A stretch of 63,040 bases of DNA, counting the filler, from Octopus bimaculoides (lineage: Eukaryota): NCBI RefSeq assembly GCF_001194135.2. It is 5 parts of 5 records of this genome, joined end to end, with 100 filler letters (N's around TTAATTAATTAA, not from the genome) between each part and the next. Parts side by side here need not be neighbours in the genome. Positions count along the whole stretch, not along the records: positions 1 to 24,271 come from NC_068983.1; positions 24,372 to 40,634 come from NC_069009.1; 3 more parts are not named here. One strand, given 5' to 3'. Of the stretch, positions 15,044 to 27,594 are shown piece by piece (positions within the stretch are counted from its first letter, which is position 1; every line of letters begins with the position of its first letter). Made by a program: the position numbers and the translations under genes. Under the pieces are notes generated by a model. It made no database searches, had not been told where the DNA came from, and saw nothing but the letters and a program-made list of their open reading frames with translations.

Positions 15044-15416
15044 ACAACACAGCCGGAAGTCGATGAGGTGATGCACACACACACGCGCACACACAAATAC
15101 ACACGCACACATACAGAAACACGCACCCATCCCGCACACACACACCTTCAGTTAATTCGCAAAGAGTTACTTGCCTTGTCCACAATAGTCACTATTGAAG
15201 GTTTTTCTGACCTTCTGACCCTAGGTACCCCATTACTCCATATTACTTCATAAGTGACAAATCTAAAGAGTGTAGAACCTTCTGAGGAGCATAAGTGATA
15301 TATTTGCCAAGCATGAACGAAAGCGGATGAAAAATATCAATTTTACGTGAGATCAAGCTAATGGTCGGTCACATATACACACACACATACACACGTATCT
15401 TCCGTCTTATATATTG

Positions 15417-15448
<32 letters not shown>

Positions 15449-16595
15449 TATGTATATATGTATGTATGTATATATATATATATANNNNNNNNNNNNNNNN
15501 NNNNNNNNNNNNNNNNNNNNNNNNNNNNNNNNNNNNNNNNNNNNNNNNNNNNNNNNNNNNNNNNNNNNNNNNNNNNNNNNNNNNNNNNNNNNNNNNNNNN
15601 NATAGGTAAGTAGAGTTAGCGGTTGGAATAACCGTCTAAGGGATAAGAATATCCGTTATTATTACCGGTATAAATTACTTATGTTAACCCCAGACATGGA
15701 TATGCAAGCATACTATGCTCATAGGATACAGGCAATAACAAAATAAACAAGCGTTTATCAGGAATCAAATTTAAATTAATCAGAAAATGGAGAAATTTTT
15801 GATCGATGAACAAATTGACTACCATTGGTTATTTATTTATTTTTTTAAATACAAGACTTTAACGTTACTAACAGCCGTTTCTGCTTCCTATATCAGTCGG
15901 CGTTGCCAAAGAAAACTCTGAGAATAGTATTTGTCATATTTTATAGTACATCCGATCTGGTACATGGAACTTCATCAGAGTGAAGACAAATGCATAAAAT
16001 AATGGAAGAGAAGAGGAATGAACAGATGAGAAAAGAAGGCTTAATATATTTGAGCCATACCATTTTGCAGTGTAAAGCTTGAAGCCGATGAGCAAATGAC
16101 GAAACTAGAAAAATAATTGGTGGGTTTATCTTTCTTTAGGGGCACCAGGGTATATAAATAATAAAAAAATAAAACAAGCACTTTAGTATAACGGGATTAA
16201 AAAAAAAAGGTCTAAAAAAAAGAATAGTACTTAAGATTTTGTAAATAGTGCTGATTAATATTTATCCAAAAACATCCCCATAAAGTTGTTACATTAATAT
16301 ACTTACTGATATATTTTAAAGACCAACCACTTGTTGTCCGTAATGGGATTGATCAGAGTCCAGCCATCACTATAATTGGTCAGTTAAATTTAAAAACCAA
16401 GGGCAAGCTTAGACCGTTATAGGGGTAGATGTAAATAAAGAAGTAAATAAAATAACAAGTAAAAGTGTGGAGGAGTAGCATATGTCATAATTGTCACAAG
16501 GCCTCTTATTTCATTATAAACCAACCAAACATGAAAACAAACGCCGTGCAACAGTAACTAACTACAGTTAAGGGGAGACTACCATTATGGGGAGG

Positions 16596-16868
16596 TAGTT
16601 GCCATGGCATTTACCTTCAAATTATAAATTATAATACTAAATCTATCTTCAGTAATCAATTTCCAGCTGTGGTGTAATTATTAGAAAGTTCTTGCGCATC
16701 CAATGTATTTCCTTGGATGCGTGGGGTCAGTGCACCATCAGCAACACACGCGGAAGCAGTAACACTACCGGCGCAAGCACTACCTCCAGTGGCACCGCCA
16801 GTCCCAAGCTATTTAAGAAGATAGATTTAGTATTATAATTTATAATTTGAAGGTAAATGCCCTAGCAA

Positions 16869-16871
<3 letters not shown>
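16596..16871. mobile_element. Foldback derivative of the same Penelope-like family
   Basis: 55-bp arms 16596-16650 and 16817-16871. The loop 16651-16740 is a near-identical reverse complement of ~14890-14978. Confidence 0.75.
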
Positions 16872-16904
<33 letters not shown>

Positions 16905-17346
16905 ATGAACAGAAGCCATAAATTATTATACTAGCATAATAACATTATCCATGAAATCAATCCAACAATATCAATATCTGTAATTATCATAAACCCTGAG
17001 CGTAAAACCATGTCCAACCTAATAAGAATAAACGTCAACCCAGAATAACAGGACCCCAGAATATTAAAGATTCACAAACAAGCATATCTAATATGCATTC
17101 CCATCATCAGCTGCCCACCAGATATCACAATGGTTTTGACATTGGTGAATTTTTACAGGTATTTCAATCAAACGGGCTAAAAAAATCTCCCTCCATATAG
17201 AATAAACCATAACTTGAAATACAATCTGACATACATTAATAGCCGCCTTTCTTGCTTTTGTGTGTTATATATGTATGATACTGAAGACACGAATATGTCA
17301 TTCATTTTTACCCGTGAATAGATGAATATATAATTCTCTCTCTCTC

Positions 17347-17395
<49 letters not shown>

Positions 17396-17899
17396 CAAAG
17401 CCATCTTAATGCCAAGCTGTTCTTGATCATCAGCATTGTTTGTCAGGCGTGGTTGTATGGTAAGAAGTTTGCTTCGAAACTAAATTGTTTCAGGTTCAGT
17501 CCCGCTGCGTGGCACCTAGGGCAAATGTCTTGTGCAATAGCTTCTTTTGGTCGGCGGAAACTGAAAGACGCCCATTGTGTGCGCGCGCGCGCGTAAGACG
17601 TTGGTATTCCTGGCCTCTTTTTCTGTGTGACGCTCACGGTTTGCTTCAGATGTCATATCAGGAAAGCATTCAGTTTTCTTCTTACTCCCCTGTTTGAAGT
17701 ATATTACCAATGCCTCTGATCTATTCGATAATATGGATAAATAACATAATACAATTGCTCAGTATTATTTACACTTCTTCGGGGCAATCTCGTGCTTGAT
17801 GTTCTACAGCCCCCAACTAACTTACATTGATGTGCAACATGAAGACAATAAACCCGCAGCTGGACCACAACTGCCAAGGAGAGGAATCTCTAGAGAGGT

Positions 17900-19620
17900 G
17901 TGATCCACTTTTCATGTTATGATTTGAAACCATACATGTGGACAGCCATCATTCACCATCTTCAGTAAATAAAAAAGCATCAATCTTGAACAACTTTCAC
18001 TATTTTCTAACCAGTTTTAAATATCATGATGATGACAGGAATGTTAAAAGTTAATAAACAAAACATTCTTGTGGTGATTGAGGTCATACGTGTCTTATAT
18101 TGTTGTCGGATTTGTCAGTAGATATACCCATGCTGTGATTGGTTTAGTGTGACTAAACATTGCAAATCTGGTGAGATATGTTTTGTTGAATCTTTAACAA
18201 GTTCTTATGAAAATTGATATTTTGAATGCGTCCTTAATGTTTTAATTGTGAGGTCACATGTATCAAGGTCACTTTTTGTCAAGCATAGTCAAAGAACTAT
18301 AGAAAGAACTTCATGGTGTGTATGCTTTTTATGGAACTTTGCTATCACAAATCTGCATTTCCTTACTTTATAACTGTTGACAATTCTGAAAATGCTTTCC
18401 CCAGGTGACAACTGGCTTGAATATATGTTTTGTATTTCAAAAATATGGCCAATTGTGAGATAAGAAAATAAAAGCTCCGATGTCGTCTGCTATATTTGTA
18501 GGTGTTACACTTTACCTTACTTTGGCATGAAACTGGGTGACAAAAACATTGCACCGCATATAGTGTGTAAAAGATATATTCAAACACTGAACTGAGAGAG
18601 TAACTGTTTCAAATACTTAAGCAGAGAGTTTCCAGCTTTGTCTCGTGAGGAAATTAAAATGTATGTGTTTAACGTGCCACAGACTAGGTGGCTAATGCAG
18701 GACGAATAAATTTTGGACATCATGTCTGGCGTTGAAAAAGAATCGTGAAATGCTTTTACTGCAGTTGTATCTGATTTCCTGGCAAACAAATTATGCTGAT
18801 GTAGTGACGTCATTTTTGACAGTCTTCAGTACGCATACGCGGAGTTGGAATCTTCTGGAAGTTCCCTCAAGCGCATGCGCTGAAAACTGGCGGGAAATTT
18901 TCTATCGCGTTCCCTGCTTGCGTCTCTGACTCGAGACGCAGCCGTTGAACATTGCAAACATGTTTTCACTCGCAGTTCGCCTACGCTCCTGTCCCAGATG
19001 CATGGGATTGGCCAGCTCTGTTTGTTACTGGAGATTCTGTGAAGTGATTTTCAGAAATGTCTAATCAACTCCAGTTGCTGTTTTTTAATTACCAAACTTG
19101 TATCTCCAAGATGTTCCAAGTTATATTATTGGTTTTCAGAGAAATGACTAACTCCAGTTTTGCTGTTTACACACCAAACCGTGGTTGCTGGCTGAGCAAA
19201 AGTACATATTATACACAACAAAATAAGGAGTGTTATTATTGTTCAGATGCGTTCTTGTTCCTGAATAAATATTGATGTAAGGAAATTGGGTAGCACCCTA
19301 ACATTGCAAAATACACAAACTGAAATCCTACACTGACTTCGTAAACTAGTTTTCGAGCACTGGGTTGTAACATGAGTCTAAAAGTACATTTCCTACATAG
19401 TCTTTTAGCCTATTTCCCTGAAAATCATAGTTCAATAAGTGATGAGGAAGTAGAAAGATTTCATCAAGACATCGAGACCATGGAGACAAGGTAACAAGGC
19501 AGAGGAACACAAACATGGTGGCTGACTACTGGTGGTCTCTGCAAATAGACTGTAATGGTGCAAGTTATTCATGCAAAGCAGTAGAGAGATAGTTCACTCC
19601 TTGAACAGCTAAACTCCACT
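17900..19620 (+). mobile_element. Rearranged relic of a Chapaev3/CMC-like DNA transposase
   Basis: SDVVCYICRCYT, YFGMKLGDKNIAPHIVC, CFKYLSREFPALSREEIK...RWLMQDE, FTAVVSDFLANK, then after an insertion FRALGCNMSLKVHFLHSLLAYFPENHSSISDEEVERFHQDIETMETR*QGR. Superfamily label is from recall. Confidence 0.75.
18791..19314 (+). mobile_element. 524-bp CpG-rich insertion splitting the Chapaev-like ORF; LTR-like, carrying promoter motifs
   Basis: Putative TSD ACAAA at 18786-18790 and 19315-19319. Motifs TGACGTCA, GCGCATGCGC, TGGCGGGAAA, ATTGG and AATAAA (19264). No clean TG..CA termini. Confidence 0.5.
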
Positions 19621-20143
19621 TTGGCAAAAATATCTATCCTAAGATGTGTAATTAAACATTTTATCTAACATATTTGTTAAAAGATAAAAAGTATTATTTG
19701 CTTTGTGTTAGTTTCTTATTTCAGTACTGCATTTATGGCAAAATTTACATTTTTTAGTAAAAAAACTGAATTCTAGTTTAACAAATATTGATGTGATAGA
19801 AGACTTCTTATGGCGTTTCTAAAACCCAGTTACCGACAAATATGGTAGGGCGAATCGTAAAAAATGCAAAAAAAAAATAATAAATAAAGAAACAAAACAA
19901 AAGAAAAGACAAAAACTTGACGTGGTGGAAGAAAACTGTCGATCTGAAATTTTGCCAGTTTTAGTCTAAGTCAATTGAAAAATCAAACTTAACAAAAATT
20001 ATTTTAAAAGATGTTCCCTTGGGTAATATATATATATAGTAAAAAAGTGTAAAACACCATATCTGTTCAGTGTCGCCCTATGTCAGATTCCAAGACATCG
20101 ATGTTTCTAAAAGCGCTAGAAATACATACATACATACATACAT

Positions 20144-20194
<51 letters not shown>

Positions 20195-20227
20195 TNNNNN
20201 NNNNNTTATATACTTACACACACACAT

Positions 20228-21440
20228 AGGGTGTGGTGAATAAATTGTCTAAATTACGCAAAAATGAAAATAACACCGATATCTCATTTTAACAGATATA
20301 TTTACCAAAATTGCATAAAAAATATTTTGAAGCACTAAGGAGTAAATTTATTCAATGAAATCGCCATTGTCTTCAACCACAGTCTCCAGACGACTTCGGA
20401 ATCTCCTGCAGCTCTTCTGGGCGATCTCCATGTTTAAGCTGGTGTGTGCTACCATAATCCTGTAAGGACCGTGCAACAAGGAGAAGGTGACGAGGAATTG
20501 TTCATTTAGTACATCGCGCGGTCGATACAAATAAAAATATCAAAAGAGGATAAATGAGTATAGGTGCCAGAAGGAAACGAGAGACACAACCGGTAGATTT
20601 AAGAGAAGATTTTATTAATATGTCAACATGTGTGTCTGTGTGTGCGACATATAAACAATATAATAGACAGGCCGTCGTGTATACAAAGTGTGTATGTACA
20701 TACATGGATGTATGCGTGTGCGATAAGTACAGAGCATAGGAAGCCTATAATGATGGTAGAAGAAAGTCCAGACACAAGGATGATAAATACCAGTTCGTAG
20801 TCAAGGTACCTAGTAGTTGAAGTGCTGTATCAAGATGTTGTGGCGGCAATGCAGAGCTGGGGAGAGGCACATGTCGTGTAAGAAGTTGTGGCTTCAATGT
20901 TGCTGCCGGTTACTTGTTACAGGAGTTCTCGCAGGTTGTATTTGCTGTTAACCATGGTGAAGTAATTTACAAACAGTGTTGAGATAGAACCTGTGCGAGC
21001 GTTGCTGGTTGGTATGTACGTAGAGAGATGATGTCGACGCTAAGAAGCTGGAGGCGACGAAGATGGAGGCTGCCGTAAGCTGCTGAACGAAGTGTTGCTG
21101 GTCTCCATGTGGCTGCTGTTGTGTCGTCGATGGAACTGGCTGAGTGCTCTGTGGCCAGCGGCTAGACCTCAGAAGGTCTGGAGCCGATCTGACATATATA
21201 TGGGACAGTGAAAAGCTACCTTTTATAACATGCTATCGGTTCCAACTGGGGTTTAGAAAGACTGTCTCACGCGACCTTAACTGAAGGCTGCGATTGGTTG
21301 GGTTGCATCTTGGCACGCAATAGAACAGGAGACAAAATGCGCCAATACCAACCAATCAGAGTGGTGGACACAACAGGGTTCAAAGGTGCGGCCGAAGGTT
21401 AGCTGTTATCCACTACGTCCGTATTCATGTATATATATAT

Positions 21441-21515
<75 letters not shown>

Positions 21516-22530
21516 ATCCCTTAAGGCGTACGCTACAATCCTTACCTTCAGTTCATCTTTGGTGTTACAAAGAGTTTTGCTGGTCTGTCGCTCAACTGCA
21601 CCCTACATATAATAATCAAAGGGGTTGCAGTCTTGAGAGTTAGGTGGCCAGATGTTAGAAGTGATGTGCTCGCAGAAATTGTCTGAGAGTTATGATTGGG
21701 TTCTCTTGCTTGTGTGGCATGGTGCAGAGTCCTGTTGTCAGATTATAGGGTCTTCCAGCAGCCACCCACTTGACCCAGGGCAGCACTACCTCCTTCAGGT
21801 ACCTGATGTAAGCCTCTGTATTGTGTCTGAGTCCGTGTGGGAAGATGAATGGAGACATAACATCGCCATCACCAGTGATCACTCCAAACAGCATGATGTT
21901 GACTGGATGTTTGATTTTTATCACTCTCGGTACGTGTTTTGAGAAGACGGCAAGCCAACAGTAGTTCTGTGTGTTCACCATCTGATATTGGCAGAATTTT
22001 TCTCGTCTGAGAAAGACCAAAGCATGTTCGGTTGGAGTGGATGCTTGAGTTTGTTCAAAAGCTTCGCAGTGCGGTCTTTCCTCTTGTCTTTGATGGCTTG
22101 GGATAAAAATTGGCCCTTTTTCATCTTGTATGAGGAATACCGAATGTCTTCATGCACTACCTGCCTGATAAGAAACTCAGGCAGGTCAGTGTTCCTGGCG
22201 ATGGAACTGGTTGACTTGGAGGGAGCGTTGTCAATCATGGTCTGGATCTCACCAACAAATTCAAGAGTCCTTTTCTTATTAGAACGATCAGAGTGAGTTT
22301 TCTGAGCTGCCGTACCTTCGTAATCACCATTAGACTCATCCAATTCTTTCTGAATCCTCTTCACTGTCGTCAGATTGACACCTAAACACTTTGAAATGTT
22401 CATATTGGAGCTTCCGGTGCGAATGCTAAGTGTACAGCATGTCGTTTCCAAATTTCTGGCAGAGTGAATTACATCATGGTGCTGTTTTTCTCACAGACGG
22501 TGCTCAACTGACCCTACTATACTGTGTAGT
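20228..22530 (-). mobile_element. Degraded mariner-like (DD37D-type) transposon interrupted by an LTR and (AG)n
   Basis: ORFs 21975..22451 (HTH region, WSFSDEKN) and 21655..22020 (KHPVNIMLFGVITGDGDVM), WPPNSQDCNPFDYY and the C-terminus CRRFRSRLETVVEDNGDFIE*. Confidence 0.85.
20530..21425 (-). mobile_element. Solo LTR, related to 57411-58398
   Basis: Similar layout and motifs in reverse orientation (aagccacaac/gttgtggctt, gacacaaccg, AATAAA near 20610). Boundaries approximate. Confidence 0.55.
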
Positions 22531-22829
22531 CAACAAAATCAAAAACAAACAATGAGCATACACGAAATAAAAAAATCTAAAATGGTGACAATTTACCCAT
22601 CGCACCCTGTGTGTGTGTGTGTTTGTGTGTGTATGTGTGTGTTNNNNNNNNNNNNNNNNNNNNNNNNNNNNNNNNNNNNNNNNNNNNNNNNNNNNNNNNN
22701 NNNNNNNNNNNNNNNNNNNNNNNNGGATGAACATAAAACGATGTTTTATGTTCATTCGAGCTTGTAATTGTTGATATATTTTATTAATTGACATTTTTAT
22801 GTTTCAGGTTCTATATGTGACTTTTTAAT

Positions 22830-23935
22830 CATGTCATGTACAAAAGAAGCCTTGGAACTGTCTAAAGTTTAAAGATGCCATATTGTGGGTCAATCTGAAG
22901 GTGAACATAGTCACCGTAAAATCGCAGAAATCTTTGGGACCCCGCTTTCTCCAGTTAATAGAGTGATTTTGCAATTCACGAGAGAGGGAAAGGAGTCCAC
23001 ATCACTTCGCCCAGGTTGACCAGAGCTCTCTGACAGGACCCTTCTCTTTGTTAAGAGAAGTGTGGTGGATAATCCTCGTTGTAAGTCCTCTGACATTGCA
23101 GAACACGTTATGTCAGTCTCAGAAGAGCTGTTAGGTATCTACACAAACTTGGTTTCTATAGCAGAGCAGCAAGAAGGAAGCCACTTTTTTGACCAGTCAA
23201 TATCAAGCGGATTGGGCCAGTGAAATGGTGGAGAGGCCACCAGCATTTTGGGGCACTGTCATGTTCTCCAATGAGTCTAGATTTTCTGACCGTGGTCGAG
23301 TGTTGGTCTGGTGACTCTGCGATCAAGAATTTGATGTGAAAAGATTGCAACCAATAATAAAACATGGCAGCTATTCTGTGATGGTCTGTGTGTGTATGTG
23401 GGGGGGGGTGACATTTGGAGCAATGAGAGCTGGTTGAGTGTGAGGGAAACATAATCTCAGATAAATACATGTCCATATTGCAGAAAGGACTCCTTCCAAT
23501 CTTCTTCAGTGGTGAAATGATTAAAGAAGACTCTTTATTTATGGAAGATGGGGTTCCTTGTAACACGGCTAAAATGGCCCAAGATTTGTTGGATGAGAAT
23601 GGCATTAAAAAGCTTGCATGGCCAAGCCAGTCACCAGATAGGAATTCTATTGAACACCTCTGGGACATAATGGACAGGACACTTTTATAAAAAGAACAAG
23701 AAAGCATCTTCAAAGCCAGATCTTTTAAGATTACTGCATGAAACTTGGCAAGAAATTCCTCAAGAGAATATTCGTCATCTGATCATTAACATGCCTAACA
23801 GGGCCCTTGCATTGAAAAATGCAAGGGGTATGTCTACTAAATATTAAATATTCACATTATAACAATTAATAAATAATTTGAATGTATAATTTCAGATTTG
23901 AATAAATTTTCATGATTATAACGGTGTCTATTTAC
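22830..23935 (+). mobile_element. Degraded Tc1-like transposon (DD34E-type)
   Basis: [51 protein letters not shown] and WPSQSPDRNSIEHLWD. Confidence 0.85.
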
Positions 23936-23974
23936 TTCTGTCGTGTGTGTGTGAGTGTGTGTGTGTGTATGTGT

Positions 23975-24008
<34 letters not shown>

Positions 24009-24361
24009 ATAATGAATGAAACAAGTAAAAGGATAAAAGAAAAATGTTTTCTGCGATTACATATATATTCTTTTACTTGTTTCGGTCATTTTGACTGTGG
24101 TCATGCTGGAGCACCACCTTTTAGTCGAAAAAATTGACCCTTGGACTTATTCTTTGTCAGAAGCACCTCTGATAAGTCACCCAGCCTGCTAGAAATAACA
24201 GCCAAGTCTCTCACAAATTACACAAATTGTTTTTCTTTATACTGGATGGTGATGACTGGAATGCTTTTCACNNNNNNNNNNNNNNNNNNNNNNNNNNNNN
24301 NNNNNNNNNNNNNNNTTAATTAATTAANNNNNNNNNNNNNNNNNNNNNNNNNNNNNNNNNN

Positions 24362-24720
24362 NNNNNNNNNNCATCATCATCATCATCATCGTTTAACATC
24401 CGCTTTCCATGCTAGCATGGGTTGGACGATTTGACTGAGGACTGGTGAACCAGATGGCTGCACCAGGCTCCAATCTGATCTGACATGGTTTCTACAGCTG
24501 GATGCCCTTCCTAACGCCAACCACTCAGAGAGTGTAGTGGGTGCTTTTACGTGTCACCCGCATGAAAACGGCCACGCTCGAAATGGTGTCTTTTATGTGC
24601 CACCCACACAAGAGCCAGTCCAGGGGCACTGGCAACGATCTCGCTCGAAAACCCTACAAGGCCAGTCAGGCAGTACTGGCAACGGTCAGTCAGGCGGTAC
24701 TGGCAACGGTCAACCGGTAG
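24362..24720 (-). mobile_element. RTE-type LINE 3' end / RTE-tailed SINE with (CAT)n/(GAT)n tail; abundant family
   Basis: Core tttccatgct(a/g)gcatgggttggac...ctggatgcccttcctaacgccaaccact. Same orientation at 29497-29677, 33770-33930, 33966-34150, 37057-37270 and 58700-58830; opposite orientation at 26736-27050, 30740-31010, 31030-31195 and 50300-50540. RTE label is inferred. Confidence 0.75.
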
Positions 24721-25048
24721 TCGGCTGTTATTTCTGGCAACCACTTAGAGGTTACCTTGGGTGGTTTTCTAAATGGTTTGGATTTGTCTTTTGGGGGTGC
24801 AGTTGCCTTTACTGTTTAACTTGTTTTTGTTCTTGTTCACCCATATTCTTGGTGCCAGTGGTGATTCCAATTAAGTTCATTGCCATCAATTCACCATGAA
24901 GAAAAGTTTACCGAAAAAATATATCCGCAGCATCTCACCATTAACCTTTTAGCATTCAGATTATTCTTCCAAATGTAATATTTATTCATACTAGAGATAT
25001 TAATATTTCTAAGTCTCTCTAAAGGAGACTACGGCAGCGGTACTGGAA

Positions 25049-25413
25049 ATTAATAGTTATCGCCAAGCCAACATGGCAGTCCCAAATATAGGACGAATGC
25101 TGCCGTGGATTAGCTCCAAGTGGCCATTGCCTCTAGCTAGCTATGTGACACACGAAACCTGTGTCCTTTATAACCTTCGAACAGGGGAGGTCAGCAGCTT
25201 CCCCTTGCTGGTTTGGCATCTGCAGACTAGACTAGTTTCAGGGTGTTGCCCCTTGTCAATGCAGAGCAGCCGAGCCCCAGTTCGAAGGTTATAAAGGACA
25301 CAGGTTTGTGTGTCACATAGCTAGCTAGAGGCGATGGCCTCTTGGAGCTAATCCACCGCAGCATTCGTCCTATATTTGGGATTGCCATGTCGGCTTGGCG
25401 ATAATTATTAATT
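25049..25413. mobile_element. 365-bp foldback element with ~135-bp near-perfect arms and a hammerhead relic in the loop
   Basis: 25049-25182 is the reverse complement of ~25281-25413. Confidence 0.85.
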
Positions 25414-27280
25414 TATTCATACTGTTTTTAATTAATTATGCATTATCTCATTAGCTTTTAGACTGAGTGCTCATTTTCTTTCTCTTTCCCTATATCTCCC
25501 TCTCTCTCTTTGCCTATTTTTCTCTATTCTCCATTTTTCTCTTTTTTTCCCATCTCTGTCCCTGTCTCTCTTCATCCACTGCCCTCTCACTTTCCCCATC
25601 TCTCTCTCTTTCTCTCTCTCTCTCCTCGTCTCTCTCTTTTCCATATCTGACTCTCTTTCCCTCTGTCTTTCTCTATTCTCCATGTCTCTTCTCCATCCTC
25701 TCTCTCTTTCTCCCGCCCTCTCCCTCTCTCTTTCTTCCGCCCTCTCTCTCTCTCTCTCTCTTTCTCCCGCCCTCTCTCTCTCTCTCTTTCTCTCACCCTC
25801 CCTCTCTCTCNNNNNNNNNNNNNNNNNNNNNNNNNNNNNNNNNNNNNNNNNNNNNNNNNNNNNNNNNNNNNNNNNNNNNNNNNNNNNNNNNNNNNNNNNN
25901 NNNNNNNNNNNNNNNNNNNNNNNNNNNNNNNNNNNNNNNNNNNNNNNNNNNNNNNNNNNNNNNNNNNNNNNNNNNNNNNNNNNNNNNNNNNNNNNNNNNN
26001 NNNNNNNNNNNNNNNNNNNNNNNNNNNNNNNNNNNNNNNNNNNNNNNNNNNNNNNNNNNNNNNNNNNNNNNNNNNNNNNNNNNNNNNNNNNNNNNNNNNN
26101 NNNNNNNNNNNNNNNNNNNNNNNNNNNNNNNNNNNNNNNNNNNNNNNNNNNNNNNNNNNNNNNNNNNNNNNNNNNNNNNNNNNNNNNNNNNNNNNNNNNN
26201 NNNNNNNNNNNNNNNNNNNNNNNNNNNNNNNNNNNNNNNNNNNNNNNNNNNNNNNNNNNNNNNNNNNNNNNNNNNNNNNNNNNNNNNNNNNNNNNNNNNN
26301 NNNNNNNNNNNNNNNNNNNNNNNNNNNNNNNNNNNNNNNNNNNNNNNNNNNNNNNNNNNNNNNNNNNNNNNNNNNNNNNNNNNNNNNNNNNNNNNNNNNN
26401 NNNNNNNNNNNNNNNNNNNNNNNNNNNNNNNNNNNNNNNNNNNNNNNNNNNNNNNNNNNNNNNNNNNNNNNNNNNNNNNNNNNNNNNNNNNNNNNNNNNN
26501 NNNNNNNNNNNNNNNNNNNNNNNNNNNNNNNNNNNNNNNNNNNNNNNNNNNNNNNNNNNNNNNNNNNNNNNNNNNNNNNNNNNNNNNNNNNNNNNNNNNN
26601 NNNNNNNNNNNNNNNNNNNNNNNNNNNNNNNNNNNNNNNNNNNNNNNNNNNNNNNNNNNNNNNNNNNNNNNNNNNNNNNNNNNNNNNNNNNNNNNNNNNN
26701 NNNNNNNNNNNNNNNNNNNNNNNNNNNNNNNNNNNCTTGTGCCCGTGACATGTGTAAGGATTTTCGAGCGAGATCGTTGCCAGTGCCCCTGGACTGGCTC
26801 CTGTGCAGGTGGAACATAAAATATACCATATTGAGCGTGGCCGTTGCCAGTACCGCCTGACTGGCCTTCGTGCGGGTGACACGTAAAAGCACCCACCACA
26901 CTCTCGGAGTGGTTGGCGTTAGGAAGAGCATCCAGCTGTAGAAACTCTGCCAGATCAGATTGGAGCCTGGTGTAGCCATCTGGTTTCACCAGTCCTCAGC
27001 CAAATCGTCCAACCCATGCTAGCATGGAAAGCAGATGTTAAACGACGATGAACGATGTCTGTGTGTGTTGAACATTGGGGCTTCGTTGAATATGCAGTAT
27101 TAATAATGCTTATATTATCAGAGCTTCTAATTCAGTAGTTGGCTGTTATTTCTGGCAACCACTTAGAGGTTACCTTGGGTGGTTCGCTAAATGGTTTGGA
27201 TTTGTCTTTGGGTGGCAGTTGCCTTTACTGTTTAATGACGAGTTGCCAGCTGTAGAGCTGTTTGTTTCTGATCTGCTAAA

Positions 27281-27327
<47 letters not shown>

Positions 27328-27340
27328 GATTGATTTTCAG

Positions 27341-27419
27341 GCTGCCCTCTGGTGAGCAGGGACCGAATCCACTCCACGATGATAAACCCATTAGCCACCG
27401 ACCTGGAGAACCACATAAG
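27341..27419 (+). CDS. RBBP6: RBBP6-like internal exon A (79 nt, phase 2 to 0): (R)LPSGEQGPNPLHDDKPISHRPGEPHK
   Basis: Acceptor ttttgattgattttcag after a (CT)n tract and donor AAG|gtaaag. Open and Pro/Gly-rich; its phase joins exons B-F in one frame. Gene assignment rests on frame continuity with exons E/F. Confidence 0.6.
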
Positions 27420-27500
27420 GTAAAGGATTGTTGTTGTTATTATTATTACTTTTATTATTATCATTATTATTATTATTAATTATTATTATTATTATTATTA

Positions 27501-27533
<33 letters not shown>

Positions 27534-27536
27534 CAG

Positions 27537-27594
27537 GGTATGGCTGTTCCTGTGTTGGGAGCTCGGCTGCGGAACATACGACCGTTACAGCTAG
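27537..27594 (+). CDS. RBBP6: RBBP6-like internal exon B (58 nt, phase 0 to 1): GMAVPVLGARLRNIRPLQL
   Basis: Acceptor ttattaatcag and consensus donor CTAG|gtaagt. Its length exactly reconciles the phases of exon A and exon C. Confidence 0.6.

Noticed and set aside
24722-27235. ~95-bp direct duplicate at 24722-24818 and 27141-27235
   Set aside because: Resembles a dispersed repeat fragment (compare ctagaaataacagccaa at ~24188); no splice sites, and not a spacer array.
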